Assembly: GCF_963921235.1 (NCBI RefSeq)
Contig: NC_086118.1
Coordinates: forward strand, 16,122,001 to 16,186,000
Source of the DNA: Mobula hypostoma
Lineage: Eukaryota
Direction of reading: 5' to 3'
DNA: 64,000 nt
Position 1 is the first letter of the stretch; each line of letters opens with the position of its first letter. Shown in pieces: positions 53,226-64,000 of this stretch. The notes below the pieces were generated by a model, which did no database searches, was not told the origin of the DNA, and saw only the letters and a list, made by a program, of their open reading frames with translations. The position numbers and the translations under genes are program-made.

Positions 53226-54124
53226 AAGTTCACCAGCTTGAAAGAAATGATAGCATCTACTCATGTTCTTTTTACAAACCCTACAGCATTTGGTAGGTTT
53301 CTACACAGAAGATTAATTGCAAAAATAGAACTGCATGAATTGATTTGATGATCTAGGCTGGTAATTATTTGGCCATCAGGATTGGAGGAAGGATAACTAC
53401 AAACGTTTGTAGCTCACTCTCCAAATGGTAGCACTTGTCAAGTGGTATTTCCTAGATATTTGTCCTCAGGAGTGTTTCTTATTCTACATAGCTGAAAGGG
53501 AAGAAACTTCCTCAGAATTTGAAAGAATAATGCAGTGTGTGTACAAACGTTTGTAGTTTATAGAATTTCTCCAAGAACAACAGATATAATGAAGTCAGTT
53601 CATTATTTGCTGAAAAACATATTTAACAAATCCCAAGTATTTGATACAAGCTAAGAATTTCAGTATCTTGTACTATAAAGCATTTGCAGTGTGATAATCA
53701 GGAATATAGGACTGGAATTGTTTGGATGGGGATCCACCAACAACTTGGTAGATGAAATGTTCAAGTTTTAAACGTAAACAATTGAGTTATTTTTCCCAGG
53801 TTATCTGGCAAAACTGTCTTGACGTCTATTCAATTTCATTTAAACATTCTAATGCTATTGACTATCCTAATCCTATTACTGTGCAGTGGACTTAACTCTT
53901 AACCTTTCCTTAGGAAAACAGTGATGCAAAAGTGTAGAACAAGTCTGAAGCATAATAGAATGCAGTTATGCGTAAACATCTTGAGGTCCAATAATCCAAT
54001 CCCTGACAAACCTTTTCATCCCAAGATATCTTCCTACTTCCCTGTACGTTGTCCCTTCCCAACAAACCGTAATCAAGGATAATATCAATAATTGTTTGAA
54101 ATTTATTAGAAGTTGTTATACAAG

Positions 54125-55165
54125 ACTATAAGACATAGGTGCAGCGAATTGGCAAATTTGGCACATCAAGCCTGCTCCACCATTTCATCATGGCTGATCC
54201 ATTTCCCTCTCAACCCCATTCTCCTGCCTTCTCTCCACCACCTTTCACGCCCTGATTGGTCAAGAACCTATCAACATCTGCCTTAAATGTACCCAGTGAT
54301 CTGGCCTCCACAGTTGCCTGTGGCAACGAATTCCACAGACTCACGACCCTCTATTTTGAGGCTGTGCCCTCTGGTCGTAGACTCTCCCCGCTCTCTCCCC
54401 CCAAAAAAAAACATCTTCACACTGCTCTGCCTCAACCTTTCAAACAATGGGTTTCAATGAGCCCCCCCCATTCTGCTAAATTGCAGAAAGTATAGGCCGA
54501 GAGCTTCTGAACTCTTTCCAATGTCAGCACAGCCTTTCTTAAATAAAGGGCCCAAAACTGCTCACAATATGCTGCGAGGCCTCACCAGTGTGTTATACAG
54601 CCTCAGCGTTACATCCTTGCTTTTACATTCTACTCCTCTCAAAATGAATACTAACATTGCATTTGCCTTCCTCACCACTAATTCAACCCGCAAATTAACC
54701 TTTAGGGAATCCTGCACGAGGACTCCCAAATCCCTTTGCCACTTGGATTTTTGAATTTTCTCCTCATTTAGAGCATGGTCTATGCTTTTATTCCTTCTAC
54801 CAAAGTGCATGACCATACTCTTCCCAACACTATTCCATCTGCCACCTCTTTGCCCAGTCTCCTAATCTGTTTAAGTGCTTCTGCAGCCTTTCTGATTCCT
54901 CAACACTACCTGCCCCTCCACCTATCTTCGTACCAACCACAAACTTGGTCACAAAGTTATCAATTTTGTCATCCAAATCGTTGACGTACAGTGTACAAAG
55001 AATTGGTCCCAATACAGACCCCTGTGGAACAACACTAGTCACTGGCAGCTATTCCACAAAGGATCTCTTTGGTCCCATTCTTTGCCTCCCACCAATCAGC
55101 CAATTCCAGAATCTTTCCTGTAATATCCTGCGCTCTTATCTTGTTTAGCAGTCTCATGTGCAGGA
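54125..55165 (-). mobile_element. CR1 3' fragment
   Basis: VPQGSVLGP, QRDLGVLVQDSLKV, LYNTLVRP. Confidence 0.85.
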
Positions 55166-57834
55166 TGCAAATCAACTTGCTCTTCAAATTGAATATTATT
55201 TTGAAATTAAAATATGATTACATTTATTGGTATGCTATTGAGCAGGTAGATACAAGTTATTATGGAATGCAACATGATAGTATAATCCTTTTCAATAAAT
55301 TGAAAATACATTACCGTCAATCTTTCAATTTTTAGAAAGACCATTTCTCATTACCTGTTCTTCACGGTTCTCTGCAAGGATTTCAGTGCTAAATATAGTT
55401 AACCCGTTACACTTTAGCTATTGTGAGCAGATTATAAAGTTACTTTGTGCTGGCAGTCTGTAATTTCCTACTCTTTCCCTTCATGAGAAACAAAATTGCA
55501 TGCTGGTGAGAGCACAAGAAAATCTTGGCCAAGAGCTCTTACAACAATCTTAACATTGCCCTTGATGGACTGTTAATGCTTTCCCACTTTAAGCCGAAAC
55601 TCCAGTCTTGTGCTTAATGGTAACCACTATCCATCGAAGCAGGCAGTTATGGAATATGCCTTGAGCATTTCTTGACTGGCAAATTTCCCAAACCTTAAAT
55701 GAGTTCAAGTAAGGAGAAACCATTCAACATAATAATCACTTGGACTTGCACAAAATGTTACTTACTGAATCAAACACACATGTTCAGATTTTTTTTAAAA
55801 AAAACATGCTTTCATCTATTATTTCAATGGTTAAAGCCAAAGTCATACTTAAAAGTTAACGTAGATAATCCCTGCTAAGAATCCAATTTATCAATGCTAA
55901 AATTATTAACTGTGGCTCCAAGAGACTAACCAAATCATGGCATGAAAAACAGTAATAAAGCTACTGCAGACCTCTCTCCAGATTCTATTTCTTTCAAAAT
56001 AGACTAAAATGGCATGTTATGGCTTCATTTTCCTGCTTTACTTTCTTCAGCTTGATTACATCTCCATTATGTGTGCATAAACAGAATAATTTTAAATTTG
56101 TATGCCTGTAGGTTATAGTTCTTAACTATTCACATAATGATGAAAAACAAAGGAAATATAATAATGATTTATATGTAAACCTGAGGTTAAAATTTACTGC
56201 TATTTCAGCAAAGTCAAGGAACTAAGTGGTGAAAAATTACGGAAATTTCAATGCAATAAATGAACTAAAAACTTGCACCTTCAAAAGCAGAGCTGTATCT
56301 TTTAAAAGTTTCCCTCATCTTTCCTTGTGTGGTTACATAAAAAATAACAGAGAACCAAGGATTCCACAACCAACACAAGCACTGTGACCTCAATTAGTTT
56401 TCAATCTTAAAATGAATGGTACCTGGATTAAAATCCTATGTTCTTTTAATTCTTGGGAGGGGGAAGCTGGGGTGAAGTAGTCTGCCTTATATATATATAT
56501 GCATATTGGACCTAGTTAATAATTAAGAATAACTGAATCATTTCACATTATTTAGTGTAAAATCCATGATTTGAACCATGTTGTGTCGAACAAGTCTCAA
56601 ATAAAAATGGGTTCAGCGTTTCCAGATTTCCATAGTTATTTAAAGGATATGTTAAGTGGAGTCCTGATCCAAGGTCTTGGATGGTAGATCTATTCTTTGT
56701 TCTGGATACTAAATCGATTTTGAAATTAACAAGTAACTAGTTCAAAATAGTGAAATTTGATGTTGATAAATTTAGGTCACAACTTGACTACATATTTTGA
56801 CAGAAGTATTTTGATAGAGGGAACCAATGATGGATGAAAAACAATGAACAAGTAAGAAAATGCTCCATTTCGTAGTAATTTGGGAATATAAGAATGTAAG
56901 AAATAGGAACAGGAGTACGGACTGTCCAGGGAGAGGGAGCATCGTCGGTGAAGGGGCTTGTTATGTCCAATCTGGGGCAGCTCATTGGGCTTTTTAGTCC
57001 TCATCAGTCATTCAGTTCTCACCTGTGTCTCTAAGTAGCTGATTACATGCAACAGCAGCCATGCCCCAGTACACTGTTTGACTGGTGGACTAAACCAACT
57101 GAGGGTAGCCAGTGAACCTCATAACCAGTGAGATAGGGAAATGCCTGTCCTAGCATGTGAAGTCTGCTCCATTGGACTGGGTGGATGAGATCTAATAGTG
57201 CGCTCCAACGGCGAAGAAGGTAGTTCTGCATTGCTCCACAAAGAGCCAAGGCCATGACGAGGCACAGAAGCAGTTATGGTCATCCACTGCAAACTACTTG
57301 TACCACTGGATCCAGATTTCTGAGGTTGAGAGAGTGGAACTACCTCAGTGCTAAGGATTTTCCACATTAAAAACTCTCTCGTACAGGTTTCCTGTCATTG
57401 TCACATATAAAGGACAACCACTAAACAAACAAATTCAACACAGACACCCCAGTGCAAATAGATTGCCTTCACGCAATGACTTTAATGATTGCACCCTAAA
57501 TGTTCACTTTCATTGTAACATTCAAGATGATTGTTGATACCTTCAAATTCTTCATAGTTCCTAACTTTAAGTAGTCAAATCGTTTCAATTCCACTCCTGA
57601 CCATTTCTAGCATCTCCAAACCTGAATGCTTGAAACTGCAGTGAGCAAAGCTATCAGTGAGATATACCACTGCTTTTTGAACATGAACACATGTAACTGT
57701 CACCATTTAAAAACTGTTCGCTCTAAGCATGTAATGTCTTATAACAACACTAGTTCCTTCCACTAATTCTAGTTAGAAACTGTTTGGCAGGTCTTCTGTC
57801 CCAAATAAACAAAATGAATTCTGGCTACTTTCTC

Positions 57835-58226
57835 ACAAACACGAGGAAATCTGCAGATGCTGGAATTTCAAGCAATACACATAAACATTGCTGGTGAACG
57901 CAGCAGGCCAGGCAGCATCTATAGGAAGAGGTACAGTCGATGTTTCGGGCCGAGACCCTTCGTCAAGACTAACTGAAAGAAGAGATAGTAAGAGATTTGA
58001 AAGTGGGAGGGGGAGGGGGAGATCCGAAATGATAGGAGAAGACAGGAGGGGAGGGATGGAGCCAAGAGCTGGACAGTTGATTGGCAAAAGGGATATGAGA
58101 GGATCATGGGACAGGAGGCCTAGGGAGAAAGAAAGGGGGGGAGGGGAATCCCAGATGACGGGCAAGGAGTATAGTGAGAGGGACAGAGGGAGAAAAAGGA
58201 GAGAGAGAAAAAAAATTAATAAATAA
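57835..58226 (-). mobile_element. Penelope-like terminal unit with mutated hammerhead (57934-57971)
   Basis: Same family as 25075-25354; core reads TTGACGA...GAAACATC. Confidence 0.85.
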
Positions 58227-58962
58227 AGTTTTTGTTCTTTGAGAGCTGACCCAACTCAGCTGCTGCCCTGTGTAACTAATGGCCCAATTAACTGGAATTC
58301 GCTATACCAGGAAATTCCCACACTGTTGGGTAAATGTCAGTATTGTTGCAATTTGGCCAGATGTGTAGCCGGTTCTGGAGTGCAGGTCACCAGTACTATG
58401 GCTGAGATGCAACCTTTGCTCTGTGCTATCATATGGAGTGAATTAAATTGGACATTGAACCCATCAGTGCTACTTTCCTACTTTCTTTTGATATATTATT
58501 TCTCTTTTTGCACTTTTTGCTTTAACTATTTAATATACTGTAATTGACTGACTTACTTTTTTATATCATATATTGCATTTTACTGCTGCCACTAAGTTAG
58601 CAGATTTCTTTTTCTTTTTAAATCTTTTTATTGAATAAGTATACCAAAAGGTAAGCCATATAAACATTAATACAATGTTAAAATATAATAAAATTACAGA
58701 AGGTATCAATACCAAAAAAAAATACTACAAACAATGTAATTTAAACATAAGAAACCAAGATAACATAATAGTATACTAAATTTTATATATATATCAATAG
58801 AAAAAAAGAAAAAAAAACCCAAAAAAAAAACCCACCGTGCAACTAACTAAAAGCAAAGCAAAGCAATGGGCTAACTTGAAACCAAACAGAGTTAAACTTA
58901 AAATCACGTCCTCAATCCCGACCTCCATTAAAAACAGTGAAAAAAAACAAGAAGGGTATATA

Positions 58963-61900
58963 TTACATTAAGTGAAAATATCGAATAAAAGATCCCCAAA
59001 TCTGTTCAAATTTAAATGAAGAATCATAAAGGTTACTTCTAATTTTCTCCAGATTCAAACATAATATCGTCTGAGAGAACCAAAAAAAGGTAGTTGGAGC
59101 ATTAAGCTCTTTCCAATGTTGTAAAATACATCTTTTCGCCATTAAAGTAAGAAATGCAATCATTCTACGGGCTGAAGGGGAAAGATTACTAGAAATTTTA
59201 GGTAGTCCAAAGATAGCAGTAATAGGGTAAGGAGAGATATCTATATTTAATACCTTAGAAATAATATTAAAAATGTCTCTCCAAAAAGTTTCCAAAGTAG
59301 GGCAAGACCAAAACATATGAGTTAAAGAGGCTATCTGCCCCGAACATCTATCACAAAAAGGATTAATATGCAAGTAAAAACGCGCTAACTTATCTTTGGA
59401 CATATGTGCTCTATGAACAACTTTAAATTGAATTAGGGAATGTTTAGCGCAAATAGAGGAAGTATTAACTAATTGTAAAATCTGCCCCCAATCATCCACA
59501 GAAATGGTAAGCCCCAATTCCTGTTCCCAATCTACCCTAATCTTATCAAATGGAGCTTTCCTAAGTTTCATAATAATATTATAAATCATAGCCGATGCAC
59601 CTTTCTGACATGGATTAAGGTTAATTATCGAATCTAAAATATATGTAGGAGGAAGCATTGGAAAGGAAGAAAGTATAGTACTTAGGAAATTTCTAACTTG
59701 TAAATATCTAAAAAAAATGTATTCTTGATAAATTATATTTATTAGATAATTGTTCAAAAGACATAAGGGAACCATCTAAAAATAAATCCAAAAACCATAA
59801 AATACCCTTAGTCTTCCAAGTTTGAAAAGCGCGATCCGTAAAAGAGGGAGGAAAAAATATGTTACCTAAAATAGGAATCGCTAACCCGAATTGATTAAGA
59901 TCAAAAAATTTTCTGAATTGAAACCAAACACGCAAAGCATATTTAACTATCGGGTTAGACGCCTGCTTAAGGCGTTTCGAATCAAAAGGGAGAGAGGAAC
60001 CTAAAATAGAGCCAAGTGTATAGCCCTGAACAGATTGTAGTTCCAATGCTACCCATTTAGGAATAGATAGTATATCCTGGTCAAGTAACCAAAATTTCAT
60101 ATGTCGAATATTAATTGCCCAATAATAGAATCTAAAGTTAGGTAATGCTAAACCTCCATCTCTCTTAGCTTTCTGTAAATGTATTTTACCCAGTCTCGGA
60201 TTTTTATTCTGCCAAATAAATGAAGAAATTTTAGAGTCAACTTTATCAAAGAAAGATTTTGGAACAAAAATTGGTAATGCCTGAAACACATATAAAAATT
60301 TTGGCCAAAAAAACATCTTAACTGCATTAATAAGACCAATCAAAGTTAAATATAAAGGAAACCATTTAGATGAAAGTTGAGTAATATGGTCTATTAATGG
60401 TAAAAAGTTAATCTTAAATAAATCTTTATATTTACAAGTAATTTTAATCCCAAGAAAAATAGTTATCAATCAATTTAAATGGAAATTTATAATATAAGGG
60501 AAGATGTTTATTAATCGGAAAGAGTTCACTCTTACTAAGATTTAATTTATAACCTGAAAAAAAACCAAATTGAGCTAATAACTCTAAAACAGCAGGAATG
60601 GATTTCTCAGGATTAGAAATATATAAAAGTAAATCATCAGCATAGAGTGATAATTTATGGGACTTTAATCCCCGAGTTATCCCAGTAATATTTGAAGATT
60701 CTCGAATGGCAATTGCAAGAGGTTCTAATGCAATATCAAATAATTGGGGACTAAGAGGAGCCTTGTCGAGTACCTCGAAAAAGAGGAAAAAAAGGTGAGT
60801 TTAAAGAGTTAGTACGGACCGAGGCTACAGGGGAATGATATAACAGTTTAATCCAGGATATAAATTTCAAGCTAAAATTAAACATTTCAAGCACCTTAAA
60901 TAAATAAGGCCATTCTACTCTATCAAAAGCTTTCTCGGCGTCTAAAGAAATAACACACTCAGGAACATTTTGTGAGGGAGTATAAACGATATTTAACAAT
61001 GTACGAATATTATAAAAAGAGTAACGACCTTTAATAAAACCCGTTTGGTCTTCCGAAATAATAGAAGGAAGTACTTTTTCTAGTCTATTTGCTAATAACT
61101 TAGAAAAAACTTTAGAATCAACATTTAATAGAGATATTGGTCTATAAGATGCACATTGAGCAGGGCCTTTATCCTTCTTTAATATTAAAGAAATTGACGC
61201 TCTATTAAAAGATTCAGGAAGTTTACCAAGTTTCAGAGAAGCCTCAAAAACCCTACAGAGCCAAGGGATCAATAAAGAAGCAAAACATTTATAAAATTCA
61301 ACGGTAAACCCATCCGGGCCAGGAGCTTTCCCCAAATTCATAGAAAGAATAACATTCTTAATCTCATCCATAGTAATAGAAGTATCTAATATAGAAGACA
61401 TATCCTGTGAAATCTGAGGGAAGTCTAAATTATCTAAAAAATCATTCATATGTTTAGAATCTCGAGGAGACTCTGATTGATATAAAGAATAAAAATCACA
61501 AAAGGTTTGATTAATCCCCACATGATCCAGTATCAATCGATCATTTTGGTTATAAATCTGATTGATTTGAGATTTAACATAATTAGATTTCAATTGATTA
61601 GCCAGCAGCTTGCCAATTTTGTCACTGTGAACATAAAATTCACTTCTTTTCTTTAATTGGTTTACAATCGAGGACGAGAGTAGTAAACTGTGTTCCATTT
61701 GAAGTTCAGTTCTTTGTTTGTATAAATCCTCAGAAGGAGCCATAACATATTTCTTATCAATTTCTTTAATCTTGTCCACAATTACCATCTCCTCCTGCTT
61801 CTGCCTCAAAGCAGCAGAATACGAGATAATCTGACCACGAATATAGGCTTTAAAAGTGTCCCAAAGAGTGTTAACCGAAATATCCTCTGTATGGTTAATT

Positions 61901-62722
61901 GTAAAAAAAAGCTCAATCTGTTCATTCATAAAGTTAACAAAGTCCGAGTCCTGAAGCAACAGCGAATTAAAACGCCATTGTCTATTATTTTGTATATTGG
62001 CCATAATTTTAATAGAAAGCTTAAGTGGAGCATGATCCGAAATGGTTATAGAATCATAATCACATTTAATCACTGAAGGAATAAGACGAGAATCAATAAA
62101 AAAAAAAATCAATTCTTGAATAGGAATGATGAACATGTGAAAAGAAAGAAAAATCTTTTTCCTGAGGATGCAGAAAACGCCAAATGTCCGTCGACCCAGA
62201 ATCAGAAAGGAAAGAGTTAATCAAAGTTGCAGATTTATTAGGTAAGGTCCGTAAAGGAGCCGAACGGTCCAATGCTGGAGACAAACAGGTATTAAGATCT
62301 CCGCCCCAGATCAATGAAAACTCGTTCAAATTCGGAAACTGATTAAATAATGATTTATAAAATTCCGGACAGTCCATATTAGGAGCATAAACATTAACAA
62401 AAACTACTTTTTTATTAAATAGTAAACCACTAACCAATAAAAATCTACCATTCGGATCAGAAAAAATACCCTGTTGTATAAAAGTAACTGAGGAATCTAT
62501 AAAAATAGAGACGCCTCGAATCTTAGCATTGGAGTTCGAATGAAATTGTTGGCCCTTCCAGAATTTAAAAAAACGTAGTCTGTCCCCCCTCCGTACATGG
62601 GTCTCTTGTAAAAATAAAATTTGTGCTTTAAGTCTCCGGAACACTTTAAAAACTTTTTTCCTTTTAATAGGATGATTAAGACCGTTAGCATTCCAGGAGA
62701 CAAAATTAATAATAGACTCCAT
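58963..62722 (-). pseudogene. L1 ORF2 (endonuclease-reverse transcriptase), frameshifted
   Basis: VSWNANGL, FLQETH, GGDLN, SRIDFF, SDHAP, KAPGPDGF, YRPISLLNVD, SLDAEKAFDRV, GTRQG, LYADDL (~60630-60648), CDRC..HMFWSC; at least four frame breaks. Confidence 0.93.
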
Positions 62723-63443
62723 AAATCCTAAAGTCAACCCACAGCGAGGAGGATTGACGATAGGCTCGACCCACGAACCCGGAGAGGAAACAGAACATAC
62801 AAAAGATACCGGGAAAAAGGACGCAACCAGTACTTCAATAATGTATATAGCCCAAAGAGAAAAAAACTAAAACGTGAAGCCCCTCCCACCACTCCCCACC
62901 CCAAGACCCCAAGGCAAAATCTAAAGCAGACCCGCCCGAAAGAAGCAAGCGCTAAAACTACCCCCATGACTTCCAGTATACGCTCCCTAAAAAAAAGGTA
63001 TAAATATGAAAAAGATCAGCTAATTGTAAAACAGTAAAAAAGTAAAAAAAAAAGGTAACTCAATTAAAATACACACACAACAGAACAAAAGCCAGAAAAT
63101 ATATATTAAAAAAAAACCACAATAAACCCCAAACCCATGAATAAACAAAACAACAAGAAAAAATAAGATTATTAACATAAACTAGTTATAAAAAGCAAAA
63201 CAAAATAAAATTTAAAAAAAAACTACAAAATTTAAGGCCACACAGGAAATACGTAAAATGACAATAAGGAAGTAACCACCCAGAATCCCCTGGGAAAAGA
63301 AAGAAATGACGCAGTTAAAAAGAAAGTTTAGCAACCATATTAAGAAATCAAAAATAAACTTTTCTGCCCAAATAGGGCACGAGAAAGTTAAAACCAACCA
63401 ATTCACAGCCTCCGATCAACGGAGATAGTTAAAAAAATAACAA

Positions 63444-64000
63444 TTAAGATGTTGAAGGTGAAAATTGATCCAGATAACTCTGGGCATCCGATGGAGAATC
63501 AAAAAAACGAAGGGCTCCATCTGACATGCGAATCCTTAGACGTGCAGGGTACAGCAGCGCTGGTCTTAAATTTATCTTATAGAATTCCGACATCACAGAT
63601 CTGTAGCGAACCCGTTGGTCCCAGATTGGTTTACTGAAATCTTCCACGAATCGGAACTTAAGATCCGAAAAATCAATGAAACCTTTAGATCGAGCAAATC
63701 GAAACAGTCTCTCCTTGTCTTGAAAGTAATGAAAACGTAAGATAACATGTCTAGGTCTATCTGACCTAGACGAGTATGATGGGACTCTGTGAACACGATC
63801 CAGTAGCGGTGGTTGGTCAGGAAATACAGTAGGGAATGCATCTTTTAAAAGTTGAGAAAAATACTTCATGGGGTTGTTAGATTCAACAGCTTCACGTACC
63901 CCAATCATTCGTAAATTCTGCCGTTGCATTCTAGATTCTAAGTCAGAGTTTTTAAAAGTCAGAAAGTCAAGTTTCTTCTTCATTACATTAATTGTTTCTT
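63444..64000 (-). CDS. L1 ORF1 C-terminal part
   Basis: Open frame SDLESRMQRQNLRMIGVRE..LDRVHRV..PRHVILRF..ALLYPARLRI, typical of L1 ORF1p. Confidence 0.85.
   Translation of the reverse strand, partial: ETINVMKKKLDFLTFKNSDLESRMQRQNLRMIGVREAVESNNPMKYFSQLLKDAFPTVFPDQPPLLDRVHRVPSYSSRSDRPRHVILRFHYFQDKERLFRFARSKGFIDFSDLKFRFVEDFSKPIWDQRVRYRSVMSEFYKINLRPALLYPARLRIRMSDGALRFFDSPSDAQSYLDQFSPSTS

Larger units (their letters stand above)
58605..64000 (-). mobile_element. Near-full-length L1-clade LINE (5' end beyond window)
   Basis: ORF1 (RRM-like RRQNLRMIG-type motif, LDRVHRV), ~720-bp T-rich spacer, ORF2 with APE, RT and zinc knuckle, 3' UTR, AATAAA and A-rich tail. Confidence 0.96.

Noticed and set aside
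57000..57810. Repeat-like sequence, possibly an RTE-related SINE followed by a Tigger/pogo remnant
   Set aside because: Could not establish family, boundaries or a ribozyme fold with confidence.
48578..58600. Search for the preceding MAP2K4 exon (DIKPSN...DFG...)
   Set aside because: Not found by eye; presumably beyond 64000.
1..64000. CRISPR arrays, operons, rRNA/tRNA genes, prokaryotic defence systems
   Set aside because: No regularly spaced repeat-spacer array or structural RNA gene seen; sequence is vertebrate-like intron/intergenic DNA.

Overview
Repeat-rich eukaryotic DNA, not prokaryotic. The mix of CR1, Penelope-like, Rex1/Babar and V-SINE repeats suggests a cartilaginous fish (inference only). 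The one host gene I can support is MAP2K4 (MKK4) on the minus strand: its last four coding exons (48500-48577, 48178-48326, 39455-39500, 33615-33728) have GT-AG boundaries and splice into one open frame, followed by a ~2.2 kb TE-free 3' UTR with miR-92-family and miR-27 seed sites. The provided ORF track misses these exons. Most of the rest is transposon-derived: many CR1 fragments, two closely related L1 copies (one nearly full length), two Gypsy elements (one with both LTRs, one carrying four nested insertions), two Tc1 transposons, MITEs, and several Penelope-like 3' ends. The most interesting non-obvious signals are at least seven copies of a minimal hammerhead ribozyme motif in the Penelope-like termini (one in a 280-bp TSD-flanked noncoding unit), a 380-bp-arm inverted Penelope structure, and a ~520-bp fold-back MITE 105 nt from the terminal splice acceptor. 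I found no convincing wholly new biological system. All coordinates were read by eye and boundaries of decayed repeats are approximate.
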